From Methanocella sp. (GTDB taxonomy: Archaea; Thermoproteota; Bathyarchaeia; Bathyarchaeales; Bathycorpusculaceae), in the NCBI GenBank assembly GCA_050261115.1, contig JBLNCY010000031.1, positions 1 to 64,000 on the forward strand: a stretch of DNA of 64,000 bases. Reading direction: 5' to 3'. A program made the translations under genes and the position numbers. The notes below the pieces were generated by a model that saw only the letters and a program-made list of their open reading frames with translations, searched no databases and was not told the DNA's origin. This document shows positions 27,591 to 37,301 of this stretch, piece after piece (position 1 is the stretch's first letter; every line of letters starts with the position of its first letter).

Positions 27591-28941
27591 AAAGAACCAA
27601 ATGATCAGTTTAGCCGAGGACGCGGTTAAGGCTGCCCTTAGGCTTGGCGCTGAGGAAGCAGAAGCCTACCTATACGAGGGGCAGGCAACCAACATCGGCA
27701 TCGAGTTGGGCCAAATCAGCAAAACAAACCGCATAATAGACCGCGGCATAGGCATCCGCGTCATCGTAGACAAAGCTACTGGGTTTGCCTACACCAACAT
27801 CATAGTCGACAAAACCGCAGTCGATAACGCCATAATGCGTGCGCTTAGCGCCGCCAGAGCCAGTAAACCCGACCCCGACTGGCATACACTACCCCAAAAG
27901 AAACCCTACAGCACCCCCCAAGGCACCTTTGACCCCGCAATTGTAGAGTTAAGCCCTGAAGATTTAGTGAAAATAACCACCAGTATGCTTGACGCTGCAC
28001 AAACGGTGGATAAGCGTGTTTTTCCAGTGGAGGGGGGAGTCGGCAGTGGATATGTCGCCAACGCCATTGCCAACTCCAACGGCGTGGCAGTCTACGACCA
28101 AGGCACCATGGTAGAATGCAGTTTAGCCGCGTTGGCAAAGGAGGGCGGCGCAGTTACACCCATCTGCTTTGAATTCAACGCTTCACGAACCTATGCATTA
28201 AACCCAGAGTGGGTAGGTAGAGAAGCAGCTAAACTCGCCCTCTCCGCACTCAAACCCAAGCCTATTGAGTCCAAAACCACCCGAGTCATCTTTACCCAGT
28301 TTGCCTTGCAGGATCTTTTTGCGTATACCTTGATGGGCGCTGTTAAGGCAGATAGTGTGCAGCGAAGTCAGTCGCCGTTTAAGGGTAAACTCGGTGAACA
28401 AGTAGCATCAGAAAACCTAACCATAATTGACGACGGCTTATACTCTGCGGGTCTTCGAACAGGAATCTTTGATGGCGAGGGTGCGCCGCATCAGAAGACC
28501 CCAATCATAGAGAAAGGCATACTCAAAAACTATCTCTATGACAACTATTCAGCCCGCAAAGAAGGCAAAGAGAGCAGCGGCAACGCTTCCCGGTCAGGCT
28601 ATCTCAGCACCCCCTACATAGAGACCACTAACTTTCATATCCAGCCAGGCACTAAAACCCAAGAGGACATACTAAAAGAAGTGGGAGATGGCTTAATCAT
28701 CTACTACCTGCAGGGTGCACATAGCAGTAATCCCGTGAGCGGCGACTTTAGTGTTGTAGCGACACCCGCATGGAAAGTCAAGGGTGGCAAAATCGACCAC
28801 TCATGCAGCGGGGTCATGTTGGCTGGCAACGTCTTTGAGCTACTCAAGAATATCGCTGTCGTTGGCTCTAATGTGCGTCAGATGGGCAGCATTATTGCTC
28901 CGTGGGTTATAGCGGAGAATGTCCGGGTGATAGGAAAATGA
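27583..28941 (+). CDS. pmbA: PmbA/TldE protein
   Basis: EAEAY, GIGIRV, FDGEG, SGNA.R, GAH..NP.SGDFS; no HExxH; GTG start overlaps the tldD stop. Confidence 0.9.
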   Translation: MLEKNQMISLAEDAVKAALRLGAEEAEAYLYEGQATNIGIELGQISKTNRIIDRGIGIRVIVDKATGFAYTNIIVDKTAVDNAIMRALSAARASKPDPDWHTLPQKKPYSTPQGTFDPAIVELSPEDLVKITTSMLDAAQTVDKRVFPVEGGVGSGYVANAIANSNGVAVYDQGTMVECSLAALAKEGGAVTPICFEFNASRTYALNPEWVGREAAKLALSALKPKPIESKTTRVIFTQFALQDLFAYTLMGAVKADSVQRSQSPFKGKLGEQVASENLTIIDDGLYSAGLRTGIFDGEGAPHQKTPIIEKGILKNYLYDNYSARKEGKESSGNASRSGYLSTPYIETTNFHIQPGTKTQEDILKEVGDGLIIYYLQGAHSSNPVSGDFSVVATPAWKVKGGKIDHSCSGVMLAGNVFELLKNIAVVGSNVRQMGSIIAPWVIAENVRVIGK

Positions 28942-28944
28942 CCG

Positions 28945-31479
28945 CTAGGATTCGGGGTCTATATAGGTTGTCTTAATTCGAACACAGTCAACGTATGTTG
29001 TGATTGTCGAGTCAGACCATGAGATACCAGTGAAGACGAGGTTGCTGTTGCCAACGTGGTTTCGCGTGACATCCACCTTTAGGGTTCCATCTATCCATAG
29101 ACTGGTTTTGTGGTTGGTGACGTCCCGGAGAAACTCTACGGTGTAGTAGGTGCCTGCCTGTGGATTGCTTGGCGTCGGCTCTAGGTCCCAGTAGAATACG
29201 CCGTTGATTACGGAGACTATTCCCCAGTAGTACTGTCCGTCGCTGTTGTAGATGAAGGGGTCAACGGTGTTTTGCCAATTCGTGTTCTGAATGCTTCCCA
29301 AGCATGTGCGGCTCCCCAGCGGCGGCAAGTTTTCTAGTTTTATGAGTGCTCGACTGTAAGTCTGGGGGCTGCTGTTTATGGCGTGGCTGGCCCAGCTTTC
29401 TGAGTTGGCGCCTGCGATGAATTTGGCGTTGTAGTTTCCGCGGTAGGGGTTGGCGGTTTCGATCGTGGATTTGTGGGTGCCAACGCCGCTTACGGTGGTG
29501 TATTCGTTAAAGTTGCCGTTTTCAAAGTCTGCCATGAATAGGTAGGTGGTTGGGGTTGGCGTTGGGGTAGGGGTGTCTGTAGGTGTTGGTGTTGGGGTAA
29601 CGGTTGGTGTGGGAGTTGGAGTTGGGGTGGCTGTCGGGGTTGGAGTAGAGGTTGGTGTAGTGGATTCAGGTCCAATATATGATGTAGACACTTTAACGCA
29701 GTCAACGTACAATGTCGCAGTATTGAAGGCGTAGGTAATACCGCTATAAACCCTGTTAGCGTTTCCTATGTGAGGTTTAACCGTATCCACTTTAAGGACG
29801 CCATCTACCCAGAGTTTGCTTCTTGCGTTTGTTACGTCACGCATCGATTCAACACAGTAGTACACGTTTGCTTGGGGATTGCTAGGCGACATTTCCCTAT
29901 CATGATATACTACTCCATTGATTGAGGCATATAAGCCCCAGTAGTACTGCCCATTCTGGTTTTCAACGTATACATCAACATTGTTGTCTGAGTTTGTGTT
30001 CTGAATAGTGCCAAGATAAATACGGCTCCCAGACGGGGGCTAACTGGCCAGTTTAACGTATTGCTGAAGGTAGACGGTTGGCGAGGGAGGTATCGTTTTC
30101 TGTGCCCAGCCTTCACTGGATGCCCCCACGGTTATTTTTGCGTTGTAGCTTCCATGGTGAGGGTTGGCGGTTTCTATGGTTTGGGAGTGTGTTCCCCCAC
30201 CGCCGGTTGTAGTCCAACTGTTAAAATTGCCCGATTCAAAGTGATCTTCGAATATTACTTGCCCAAGAGGGGTCGGCGTGGGAGTGGGCGTAGCTGTGGG
30301 TGTCGGGGTGGGTTGAGTTGCGCCTTCAGAGATAACATAATTTTTCCCTGGGCCATCGGAGCAGAAGACTAAACCTCTTGGGTTAATCGTCAAAAAGTTA
30401 GTGTGATGCAGCCATTGTGGTAGTGCGGTTTCTTTGATGATTTGCCAGTTGACGCCGTCTTCGCTAGCAACTACTCGAGTGATGCCTTTGTAGAATTCGG
30501 GCGTGCTTGCAAACAGCAGGATACGGTCATTTAGTTTAGCGCCTGAGAGGACTGGGCACGGGCTGTCGGAAGGGAAATTATAAACTCTCTGTGTCGAGAA
30601 GGCCCTGCTGGAACCGTCATCGTAAAAACGGTCGATCCAGTTAGGCTGGAAGGCTTGATCTGACCCCAGATATACCCATCTGCCTTGAAAAAGTATAGGA
30701 AGATACACTGTGCTGCCCTGCGCCTCCATCTCGACAGGACGGTCGACAACTACTCGCCAGGTTTGGCCGTAATCCTTGCTTCGAAAGATCCGTTCGCATT
30801 CGCTGTTGTTGTAGCCATATGTCCATTCGCCTGTGGCTACATAGAGGTATCCGTCATAGGAGTTGAATTTGATATTGTGTAGATGTATGGTGCCGAAGGT
30901 GCGAATTGTAAACCAGCTTGAGCCTCCATTGGTGCTTTTGAGTATAGCTGGCTGCTGTGGGCTTATGCTGTTGCAGTAGGTGGCTGCATAGAGGTTTCTC
31001 TGGGAATCCTCTGTCATGGCTATGTAGAACCCGTCGTTCTGGGTTCCGTTTGTGTTTAACACTTGCTGGAAGGTGGCGCCCCAGTTGGTGCTACGATATA
31101 GCCGATTGGTGGCTGGGATAGATACAAAAATGTAGTTGCGTGAATCGATAAAGACGGTCCACAAATAGCCTGTTACGGCACTGCTGGGGCTAGGCTGCAC
31201 AGGAAAACGGTAGACCATACGATAGGTGGAGCCGTTATCGTCACTTCGATAAAGCGTATAGTCATTGTCTCCTACAAAAAAGGTGCCGTTACTGGTGAAT
31301 GCAGAACTACACATTTGACCACTAAAACCCGGCACAGGATTAACTTGTAAATCACTGACCGCCGCCTCTGTTTGAACGTTAAAGTTTAGAAATGATACTA
31401 AGAGAATCAGTACGCTTAGAGTTAACGTTTCTTTCTTGTATTTCACTAAAACACGCCCTCCTAAACAGGCAGATACCAA
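28945..31479 (-). pseudogene. Secreted Asp-box (BNR, sialidase-like) propeller + PT linkers + two repeated beta-sandwich domains, interrupted by one in-frame TAG at 30040-30042
   Basis: Track ORFs 30040-31479 and 28945-29892 share a frame, and the 49 codons between them are open. KLAS*PPSGSRIYLGTIQ aligns with KLENLPPLGSRTCLGSIQ in the second repeat. Confidence 0.8.
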
Positions 31480-31571
31480 GAACAGCCTTCGATAACTTAG
31501 AATAAGCTGTCGCTTGATTTCTGCCTAAAAAAGACATCTCTATATTACTAAAAGATCCATATAGCCTTTTC

Positions 31572-33233
31572 TTAGCGCTCGCTCAAACACCGCTGCACGT
31601 CGCTTTTTCTGCTCTTTTTAGCAAAAATCGCAACCAAAGTCGCAAGAACAATCACAAAGCCAATCGTCAACTTGAGGGTATCATGGGGCAATTCGGGTAT
31701 GGTGGGCTTTGGTGTGGCTTGGCTCTTCGGGATAGGTGTTGGTGTGGTGGTTGCTGGGGTGGGGGTGTTTGTAGGTTGGGTTTTCTTGGGAGAGATGTTG
31801 GCGGATTGTTTTATGGTGGGTCGATCTGTTGGTGTGGGGGTTTTGTCTGTTGGTGGTTGGGATGTTGGGTTTTCAGTGGGATCTGAGATCGGAAGTGATG
31901 TGGAGACGGGGGTTTCTTGGGGTGTTGAAGTCGGATTAGGTGATGGTGTAGGCGTGAGAGTTAGGGTGGCAGTCGGTGCTGGGGTGGGGGTAGCGGTAGG
32001 TGTGGGAGTAGGCGTCGGGGTTGGGGTCGGTGTGATGGTGGGGGAAGGTGTAGGAGTTGCAGTGGGTGAAGGAGGTGGCGGTGGAGGCGTATTGGACTGT
32101 GATATGGTGTAGGTTTGCCCAATGCCTTCTGAGAAGAATGCTGCCCCTTTTGGGTTGATTGTTAATATGTTGGTGTGATGTGCTGATTTAGTAACTGACG
32201 TTTCCCTGATAATGTTCCAGTTTTCTCCATCGACGCTAGCCACTATCCGCTGGATTCCAGAGTAAAACTCTGCAGAACTCGCAAAAATCATCGTATCATT
32301 AAGCCAGGTAGCGGATATGACGGGAAAGTAGCCGTCACTTGGGAAATCGTATACTCTTTGCCGGGCAAAGCTTCTGTCGGAGCCGTCATCGCAGAAGCGA
32401 TCTATCCAGTTATTCTGGTAACCTTGATCTGAACCCAAATACACATAGTTCCCCTTAAACAGCATCGATAGGTAAACGGTTGCTCCCTGCCCCGCAACCT
32501 CCACGGGCCGCGATATGACGGTGCTCCAGGTTTGCCCATAATCTTTGCTTCTAAATACGCGTTCGCAGTCTTGATTGTTAAATCCATATGTCCATTCGCC
32601 GGTGGCTACGTAGAGGTATCCGTTTGCGGGGTTGAATTTGACGTTGTGGAGGTGGATGGCTTGGAATCTGCGAATCACATACCATGTGGCTCCGCCATCG
32701 CTGCTTTTTAGCAAGGGCGGGCTTTGAGGATGGAGAACGTTTGTGTAGGTAGCTGCATAGAGGTTACCTTGATAGTCTTCGGTCATGGCTATGTAGAAAC
32801 CTTCGTTTATGCTTGCGTTATTGCATAGTACTTGAGTGAAGGTAACGCCAAAGTTTGTGCTGCGGTATAGCCGGTTTGTTGCAGGTATAGAGACAAAGAG
32901 GTAATCCCGTGAATCGAGGTATATCATCCATACATAGCCAGCTATGAGGCTGGTGGGGTTTGGCTGCGTCGGGAACTGAGCAACCAAGTAAAATGTTACG
33001 CCGTTGTCGTCACTGCGGTAGAGTCGGTAGTTGGTGTCTCCTGCAAAGAGGGTTCCGTTGCTTGCGTAGGCTGAACCGCACATCTGCCCTGGAAAACCAG
33101 TCTTCGGAGTCACCTGTAGAGGGATAGCTGCGGCGCAGCCGGGAAAATTCATCGATAAAACCAACGTTACAGCTACCGTTAAAGTTGTAAATACGATAAA
33201 ACGTTTCCTTAGAGCTATACTTGTAGCCTCCAA
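31572..33233 (-). CDS. Membrane-anchored Asp-box propeller surface protein with Pro/Thr stalk
   Basis: YRSDDNG, YRSTNFG, LKSSDGG, FRSKDYG Asp-boxes; long PT tract; C-terminal TM; paralog of the downstream gene. Confidence 0.85.
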   Translation of the reverse strand: MEATSIALRKRFIVFTTLTVAVTLVLSMNFPGCAAAIPLQVTPKTGFPGQMCGSAYASNGTLFAGDTNYRLYRSDDNGVTFYLVAQFPTQPNPTSLIAGYVWMIYLDSRDYLFVSIPATNRLYRSTNFGVTFTQVLCNNASINEGFYIAMTEDYQGNLYAATYTNVLHPQSPPLLKSSDGGATWYVIRRFQAIHLHNVKFNPANGYLYVATGEWTYGFNNQDCERVFRSKDYGQTWSTVISRPVEVAGQGATVYLSMLFKGNYVYLGSDQGYQNNWIDRFCDDGSDRSFARQRVYDFPSDGYFPVISATWLNDTMIFASSAEFYSGIQRIVASVDGENWNIIRETSVTKSAHHTNILTINPKGAAFFSEGIGQTYTISQSNTPPPPPPSPTATPTPSPTITPTPTPTPTPTPTATPTPAPTATLTLTPTPSPNPTSTPQETPVSTSLPISDPTENPTSQPPTDKTPTPTDRPTIKQSANISPKKTQPTNTPTPATTTPTPIPKSQATPKPTIPELPHDTLKLTIGFVIVLATLVAIFAKKSRKSDVQRCLSER

Positions 33234-33390
33234 ACAAAAGGGATGCTAAAAAGAAAGCCGAAGAATCAACTAAGCGGTAGCATTAGAATCGGGAAGCCGA
33301 GTCGCTTTCTTTGTAGCTGCACAATTACCTTCCTATTTGAGGTAGCGGGTGGATATAGTCTTTTTTACGGCTAAGAGTTCCCTCTTCTGC

Positions 33391-34599
33391 CTAAACTCTA
33401 GCCCAGAAACTCTTAGAGTACTCGCCTAAGACACCCTCGTAGATGCGTTTGGTATCCATGGCGATTTTTTGCCAGTCATAGCGTTCTAGGACACGGCGGA
33501 AAGCATTGTCCTTGATGTACTTGGCGTAAGCATCATCCTTGAGAACTTTGGCTATGCCCCACGCCAGTGAGTCGGGGTTGTTAGGGTAAACCTTCACGCC
33601 AGTTACATCATGCTCCACGATCTCTGAGAGGCCACCTGTATCTGAAACAACTATAGGGCTCCTTGCAGCCATAGCCTCCAACGCTACAATGCCAAACGGT
33701 TCAAACAGCGACGGCACCACCGAAACGTCGGCGCACCTTTGGAGCTTGAGCAGTGTAGGTTCATCCATGAAACCCTCGAAAAGCACCTTATGCTCTAGGC
33801 CCATGCTGCGAACTATGTTCAGCAATTGCTCCTTCATGTAGCCGCTTCCAACGATTATGAATTTAGCGTTGACCTGCGAGAGGATTTTGGGAACGGCGTT
33901 AATTAAGATGTGAACACCCTTTTCATAGACCAATCTGCCTACAAAGAGAACAATCTTTTCTTCTGGCAAAGCAAATCTGCCCCGGAAAGCCGCAATGTCA
34001 TTTTTCTCAGGGTAATTTTTGGGGTTAACGCCGTTGGGTACCATGACTAGTTTATCGTTTGGTAACCCGAAGACATAGCGGACATGGGAAACCATATAGT
34101 CGCTGCAACAGATGACTTTCCAAGCCTCATAGGTGAGCCAAGCTTCGGTTTCGTGAATCATCCGCTCAGCGGTGGTGTGCAAGCCGTCGCGTCGGCCCAT
34201 CTCGGTAGAGTGCATAGTAACTAGAAGAGGTTTTCTGAAAATGTGCTTAAGCCCAATACCGGCGTTGGCAACCAGCCAGTCATGTGCGTGAATGACATCG
34301 ATTTTGCTGCCGATTCTCTTCATCAACGCGGCGGTTTCCCGCTGCATATTCATGTTCATGAGGTAGACCCATGTGGCAAAGTCAGGGGAGGGGCTCTTGT
34401 AGGAGTCGATGCGGTAGACTTCTACGCCGTCTACGACTTCGTGTGAGGGGGCATCGGGGAAGTCACAGGTTACAACATACACTTTTACGCCTTGCTTGAC
34501 GAGGTATTTTGAAAGGAAGTAAATGTGGGGGGAAATGCCGCCGATGACTCTGGGCGGGTACTCCCAGGACAGCATCAAAACAGAGAGGTTATGTTGCAT
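33391..34599 (-). CDS. GT4 glycosyltransferase (glycogen/alpha-glucan synthase-like)
   Basis: SWEYPP..IGG, HAHDW, VGRLVYEKG, PSLFEPFGIVALEAMA. Confidence 0.92.
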   Translation of the reverse strand: MQHNLSVLMLSWEYPPRVIGGISPHIYFLSKYLVKQGVKVYVVTCDFPDAPSHEVVDGVEVYRIDSYKSPSPDFATWVYLMNMNMQRETAALMKRIGSKIDVIHAHDWLVANAGIGLKHIFRKPLLVTMHSTEMGRRDGLHTTAERMIHETEAWLTYEAWKVICCSDYMVSHVRYVFGLPNDKLVMVPNGVNPKNYPEKNDIAAFRGRFALPEEKIVLFVGRLVYEKGVHILINAVPKILSQVNAKFIIVGSGYMKEQLLNIVRSMGLEHKVLFEGFMDEPTLLKLQRCADVSVVPSLFEPFGIVALEAMAARSPIVVSDTGGLSEIVEHDVTGVKVYPNNPDSLAWGIAKVLKDDAYAKYIKDNAFRRVLERYDWQKIAMDTKRIYEGVLGEYSKSFWARV

Positions 34600-35218
34600 T
34601 CCGCTTACCCTCCGAGGCCCTACTGTAGCTTTTGAGCACCTCAGTTACCCAGCTGATCGTGTCCACAGGGATAACCGAAATCTTCTCGTTAGGAACCTGA
34701 TAGATGCGTGCGACTTCTTCCTTCATCCACTCCGACTTCACATTAACCCTCACAGATTCAAAAAAACCCAGCCACTCAATGCTTTTGATAGCCAAATTAT
34801 AGGCAGAGTTAGCGGTTGGCGACCGATGATCCTCCAAGCTTTCGACAGAATAGATAAATGGGATACCTAAACCGTTTTTGAGGGCAACGGCGGCGGGGAT
34901 AAAATGCCAATCAAACACATCGATTAAATCGATTTGTTTAGCTGAGTCATAATAGAGATTTGCTGCGACTCGCTCGACTTCTTGGTTTAAGGTGAGTGCC
35001 CATGTTAGCACGCCTATGTGGGTTTGCACGGGGTTGTTAACTCGTATGACTTTGACGCCGCTGGGTTCAATTGTTTCACCCGTCGCTTTGTCATCATATG
35101 TGACAACGCTAACATTCATTTTGTGAGCTGATAGTTCAGTGGTTAATGATTTAACGTATCCTGATAGTGTTCCTACCACCCGAGGCGGATACTCCCAAGA
35201 AAAAACGATGGTACGCAT
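34589..35218 (-). CDS. GT4 N-terminal-domain-only protein (degenerate paralog)
   Basis: SWEYPPRVVG start parallels the adjacent GT4; ends before the C-terminal Rossmann domain. Confidence 0.75.
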   Translation of the reverse strand: MRTIVFSWEYPPRVVGTLSGYVKSLTTELSAHKMNVSVVTYDDKATGETIEPSGVKVIRVNNPVQTHIGVLTWALTLNQEVERVAANLYYDSAKQIDLIDVFDWHFIPAAVALKNGLGIPFIYSVESLEDHRSPTANSAYNLAIKSIEWLGFFESVRVNVKSEWMKEEVARIYQVPNEKISVIPVDTISWVTEVLKSYSRASEGKRNAT

Positions 35219-35236
35219 AAGCGTGTCACGCTATCG

Positions 35237-35488
35237 CTAAGTAAATAGTGAGCAGACCTTGATGATGCCCCTTCCGTTTAGGTAATAGCGTTTCTTACCT
35301 TCGCCGTCATAGAAACTCTCTGCAAACCCCTCGTTCTTGTATTGGTCTAGTATACCCTCGATTTCTTGTGTGTCCTTTTGCAGTAGCCGTGCAACCTCTT
35401 CGCCCCGTCTCGCTAGATCGGCTGCGGTTGCACACAGGTTGTGGAGGGTCTGCAAAACCTTGTCTGGAAAAGGAAGTTCCTCTCTCAT
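35237..35488 (-). CDS. Small winged-helix-like hypothetical protein
   Basis: EVARLL...EIEGIL...EGF...KRYYL..RG pattern; in operon; ATG at 35488 after GGTGA. Confidence 0.6.
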   Translation of the reverse strand: MREELPFPDKVLQTLHNLCATAADLARRGEEVARLLQKDTQEIEGILDQYKNEGFAESFYDGEGKKRYYLNGRGIIKVCSLFT

Positions 35489-35552
35489 CTTACAATCACC
35501 GTGACACCACCTAGTACTCAAATCCAAATATAAACACCCATGTGCAAGAAGC

Positions 35553-37097
35553 CTACGATAACCCGGTGGCTTCCTGAACTTGTCGGCTTTGGCTGCTGAA
35601 GCGTTTCTTTGCAGCAGCTATAAGGGTTTTGCGGAGTTTCTCACCCTTCTGGGTTGACGAGGCTGCCTTGATGTCGCTTGCGAGTTTGGGGTCTTTTAGT
35701 GAATGCTGTGCCCATGTTTCAAAGTCGCCGTTGACTGCATGGAACTCGACTGCCGATAGGTTAACAGCCGTGAGTGCTTTGGTGAAACCTTTTAGACTCC
35801 AAGCTTTCACACCGGTAAAGCGCGATTCGCCGCTGCCAGTATAGAAGAGGAAAGGCTCATTTGCCGTCAAAATAGCTAAGCGTAGTCTTGTTTCAAAGTC
35901 GTTGATGAGTGTCTGGGCGGCCACGAAGGCATCCATGGGAGACTCATATGGGCTGAAGTAGGAGTGCACTTCTCCGGGGCCTCCGCCTGCGGTGAACATG
36001 TAGTAGAGGTGGTCGCTTGTCTGGAAACACCGCCACAACCGCATGAACTCGGGGTCGTCGGCTTCCAGCACTAGCGGCTCTAGCCTGCGAAGGGTGGTGT
36101 AGTATGCCCATTGCATAACGTTGCCCAGCCAACCGGACTGGTCTCGTTGGATGTCTGCCCAGGAGACTGTGCCCTCTGTTTCGGGGACATCTACTTCGCC
36201 GGCGGATGCATGCCGGGCAACTACTTCGGTGGGAGTCACCATCTGCAGGTGATCATACTTGAGTAACTCGTCAGGGAGATGCCGAAGGAAGCTATGGATG
36301 CCGGTTTCTGGCCAATGATGCTCGCCGAAGGTTTCGTAGTCGGGGAATATGTTGATGACTTCACCGTTGGTTTTGGCTATCCAATTTGCATATTTGGGGG
36401 CTGTTAGCGGCCACTCAGGCCACCACCTAGCGGAGAAGCGGAATCCAACATCATCAGTTAATTTGTAGTTGCGAAGTAGCAGATGGATTTTCTTTGTGCC
36501 TTTGGGGTGGTAGACGAAGTTGGGGGATTTTTCGCCAAGAATCTTCTCGACGCCCTCAGTATAGATGCCCCTATAGCCCATCTCCTCGACGATTTTTGCG
36601 ATAGTGTTATTGTAGAGTAGCTCTGTATTCTCAAAAATCGTCGGAGAGTAGCCTAGGAGATCTTTGATTGCTTGATTGTGCATTTTTACTTGAGCGATAA
36701 ATTCGTCTTTTTCGGGGTAGAGGCTTGCAATGGAGTGGTAGTATGTTTGGTCAAGAAACTCTACACAGCCTGTTTTAGCCATCTGCTTGAAGGTTTCAAG
36801 AAGGTCCTTGTCATACATTTCGCACTGCTCAAGGTAGACGCCTGAGAGGCTGAAGGCAAATTTGGCCTGTCGCTTCTCGTGTCGGTGTTTGTCTATGACG
36901 TCGAGTATAATTTGGTTGGAGGGATAGTAGCATTTGCGTGCAGCGCGTTTGAATATATCGCGGTCTACTTCGTTATCAAAGTAATAGTTGAAGAGTTCTT
37001 GTTTGGTTTGGCGCCTGAAGGTTTTTCCTTCCCAAAACAGGTTTCGACGTAGCCGATGGGGCTGGTGAACCTCAAAAACAAACACTACATCAGTCAT
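35553..37097 (-). CDS. GH57 alpha-amylase with C-terminal DUF5752-like domain
   Basis: FEVHQP, CY.P.N, QTYYHS, FENTEL (nucleophile), DYETFGEH (acid/base), QTSDH; C-terminal PF.FYTG...A.SL..F...EFH...GDFE.W. Confidence 0.92.
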   Translation of the reverse strand: MTDVVFVFEVHQPHRLRRNLFWEGKTFRRQTKQELFNYYFDNEVDRDIFKRAARKCYYPSNQIILDVIDKHRHEKRQAKFAFSLSGVYLEQCEMYDKDLLETFKQMAKTGCVEFLDQTYYHSIASLYPEKDEFIAQVKMHNQAIKDLLGYSPTIFENTELLYNNTIAKIVEEMGYRGIYTEGVEKILGEKSPNFVYHPKGTKKIHLLLRNYKLTDDVGFRFSARWWPEWPLTAPKYANWIAKTNGEVINIFPDYETFGEHHWPETGIHSFLRHLPDELLKYDHLQMVTPTEVVARHASAGEVDVPETEGTVSWADIQRDQSGWLGNVMQWAYYTTLRRLEPLVLEADDPEFMRLWRCFQTSDHLYYMFTAGGGPGEVHSYFSPYESPMDAFVAAQTLINDFETRLRLAILTANEPFLFYTGSGESRFTGVKAWSLKGFTKALTAVNLSAVEFHAVNGDFETWAQHSLKDPKLASDIKAASSTQKGEKLRKTLIAAAKKRFSSQSRQVQEATGLS

Positions 37098-37301
37098 AGC
37101 GGTGTGCCTAATGGAGATGTGTTGGCGGCATATTTATCTCTAATTTTAAAGTGACATATGGGTTGCATGGCTGGTTTGTTCTCTAAAGGGGTTTTAGGAT
37201 TATTTTTCTGGTATTTATCCGAGACTGCCCAAAAATGGTTGTTTTGAAAAAGCTTTAATGACTACCTTTTGTAATTATTGTGGAGCAGTCGGGGAACGGG
37301 C

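Noticed and set aside
29910-30116. 68-aa ORF as a programmed-frameshift bridge
   Set aside because: The flanking ORFs are already in one frame separated by a single TAG; this ORF is an off-frame shadow
29546-32112. VGVGVG ORFs and short tandem repeats as a CRISPR array or repeat proteins
   Set aside because: They are the antisense of Pro/Thr linker codons; there is no constant repeat-spacer periodicity
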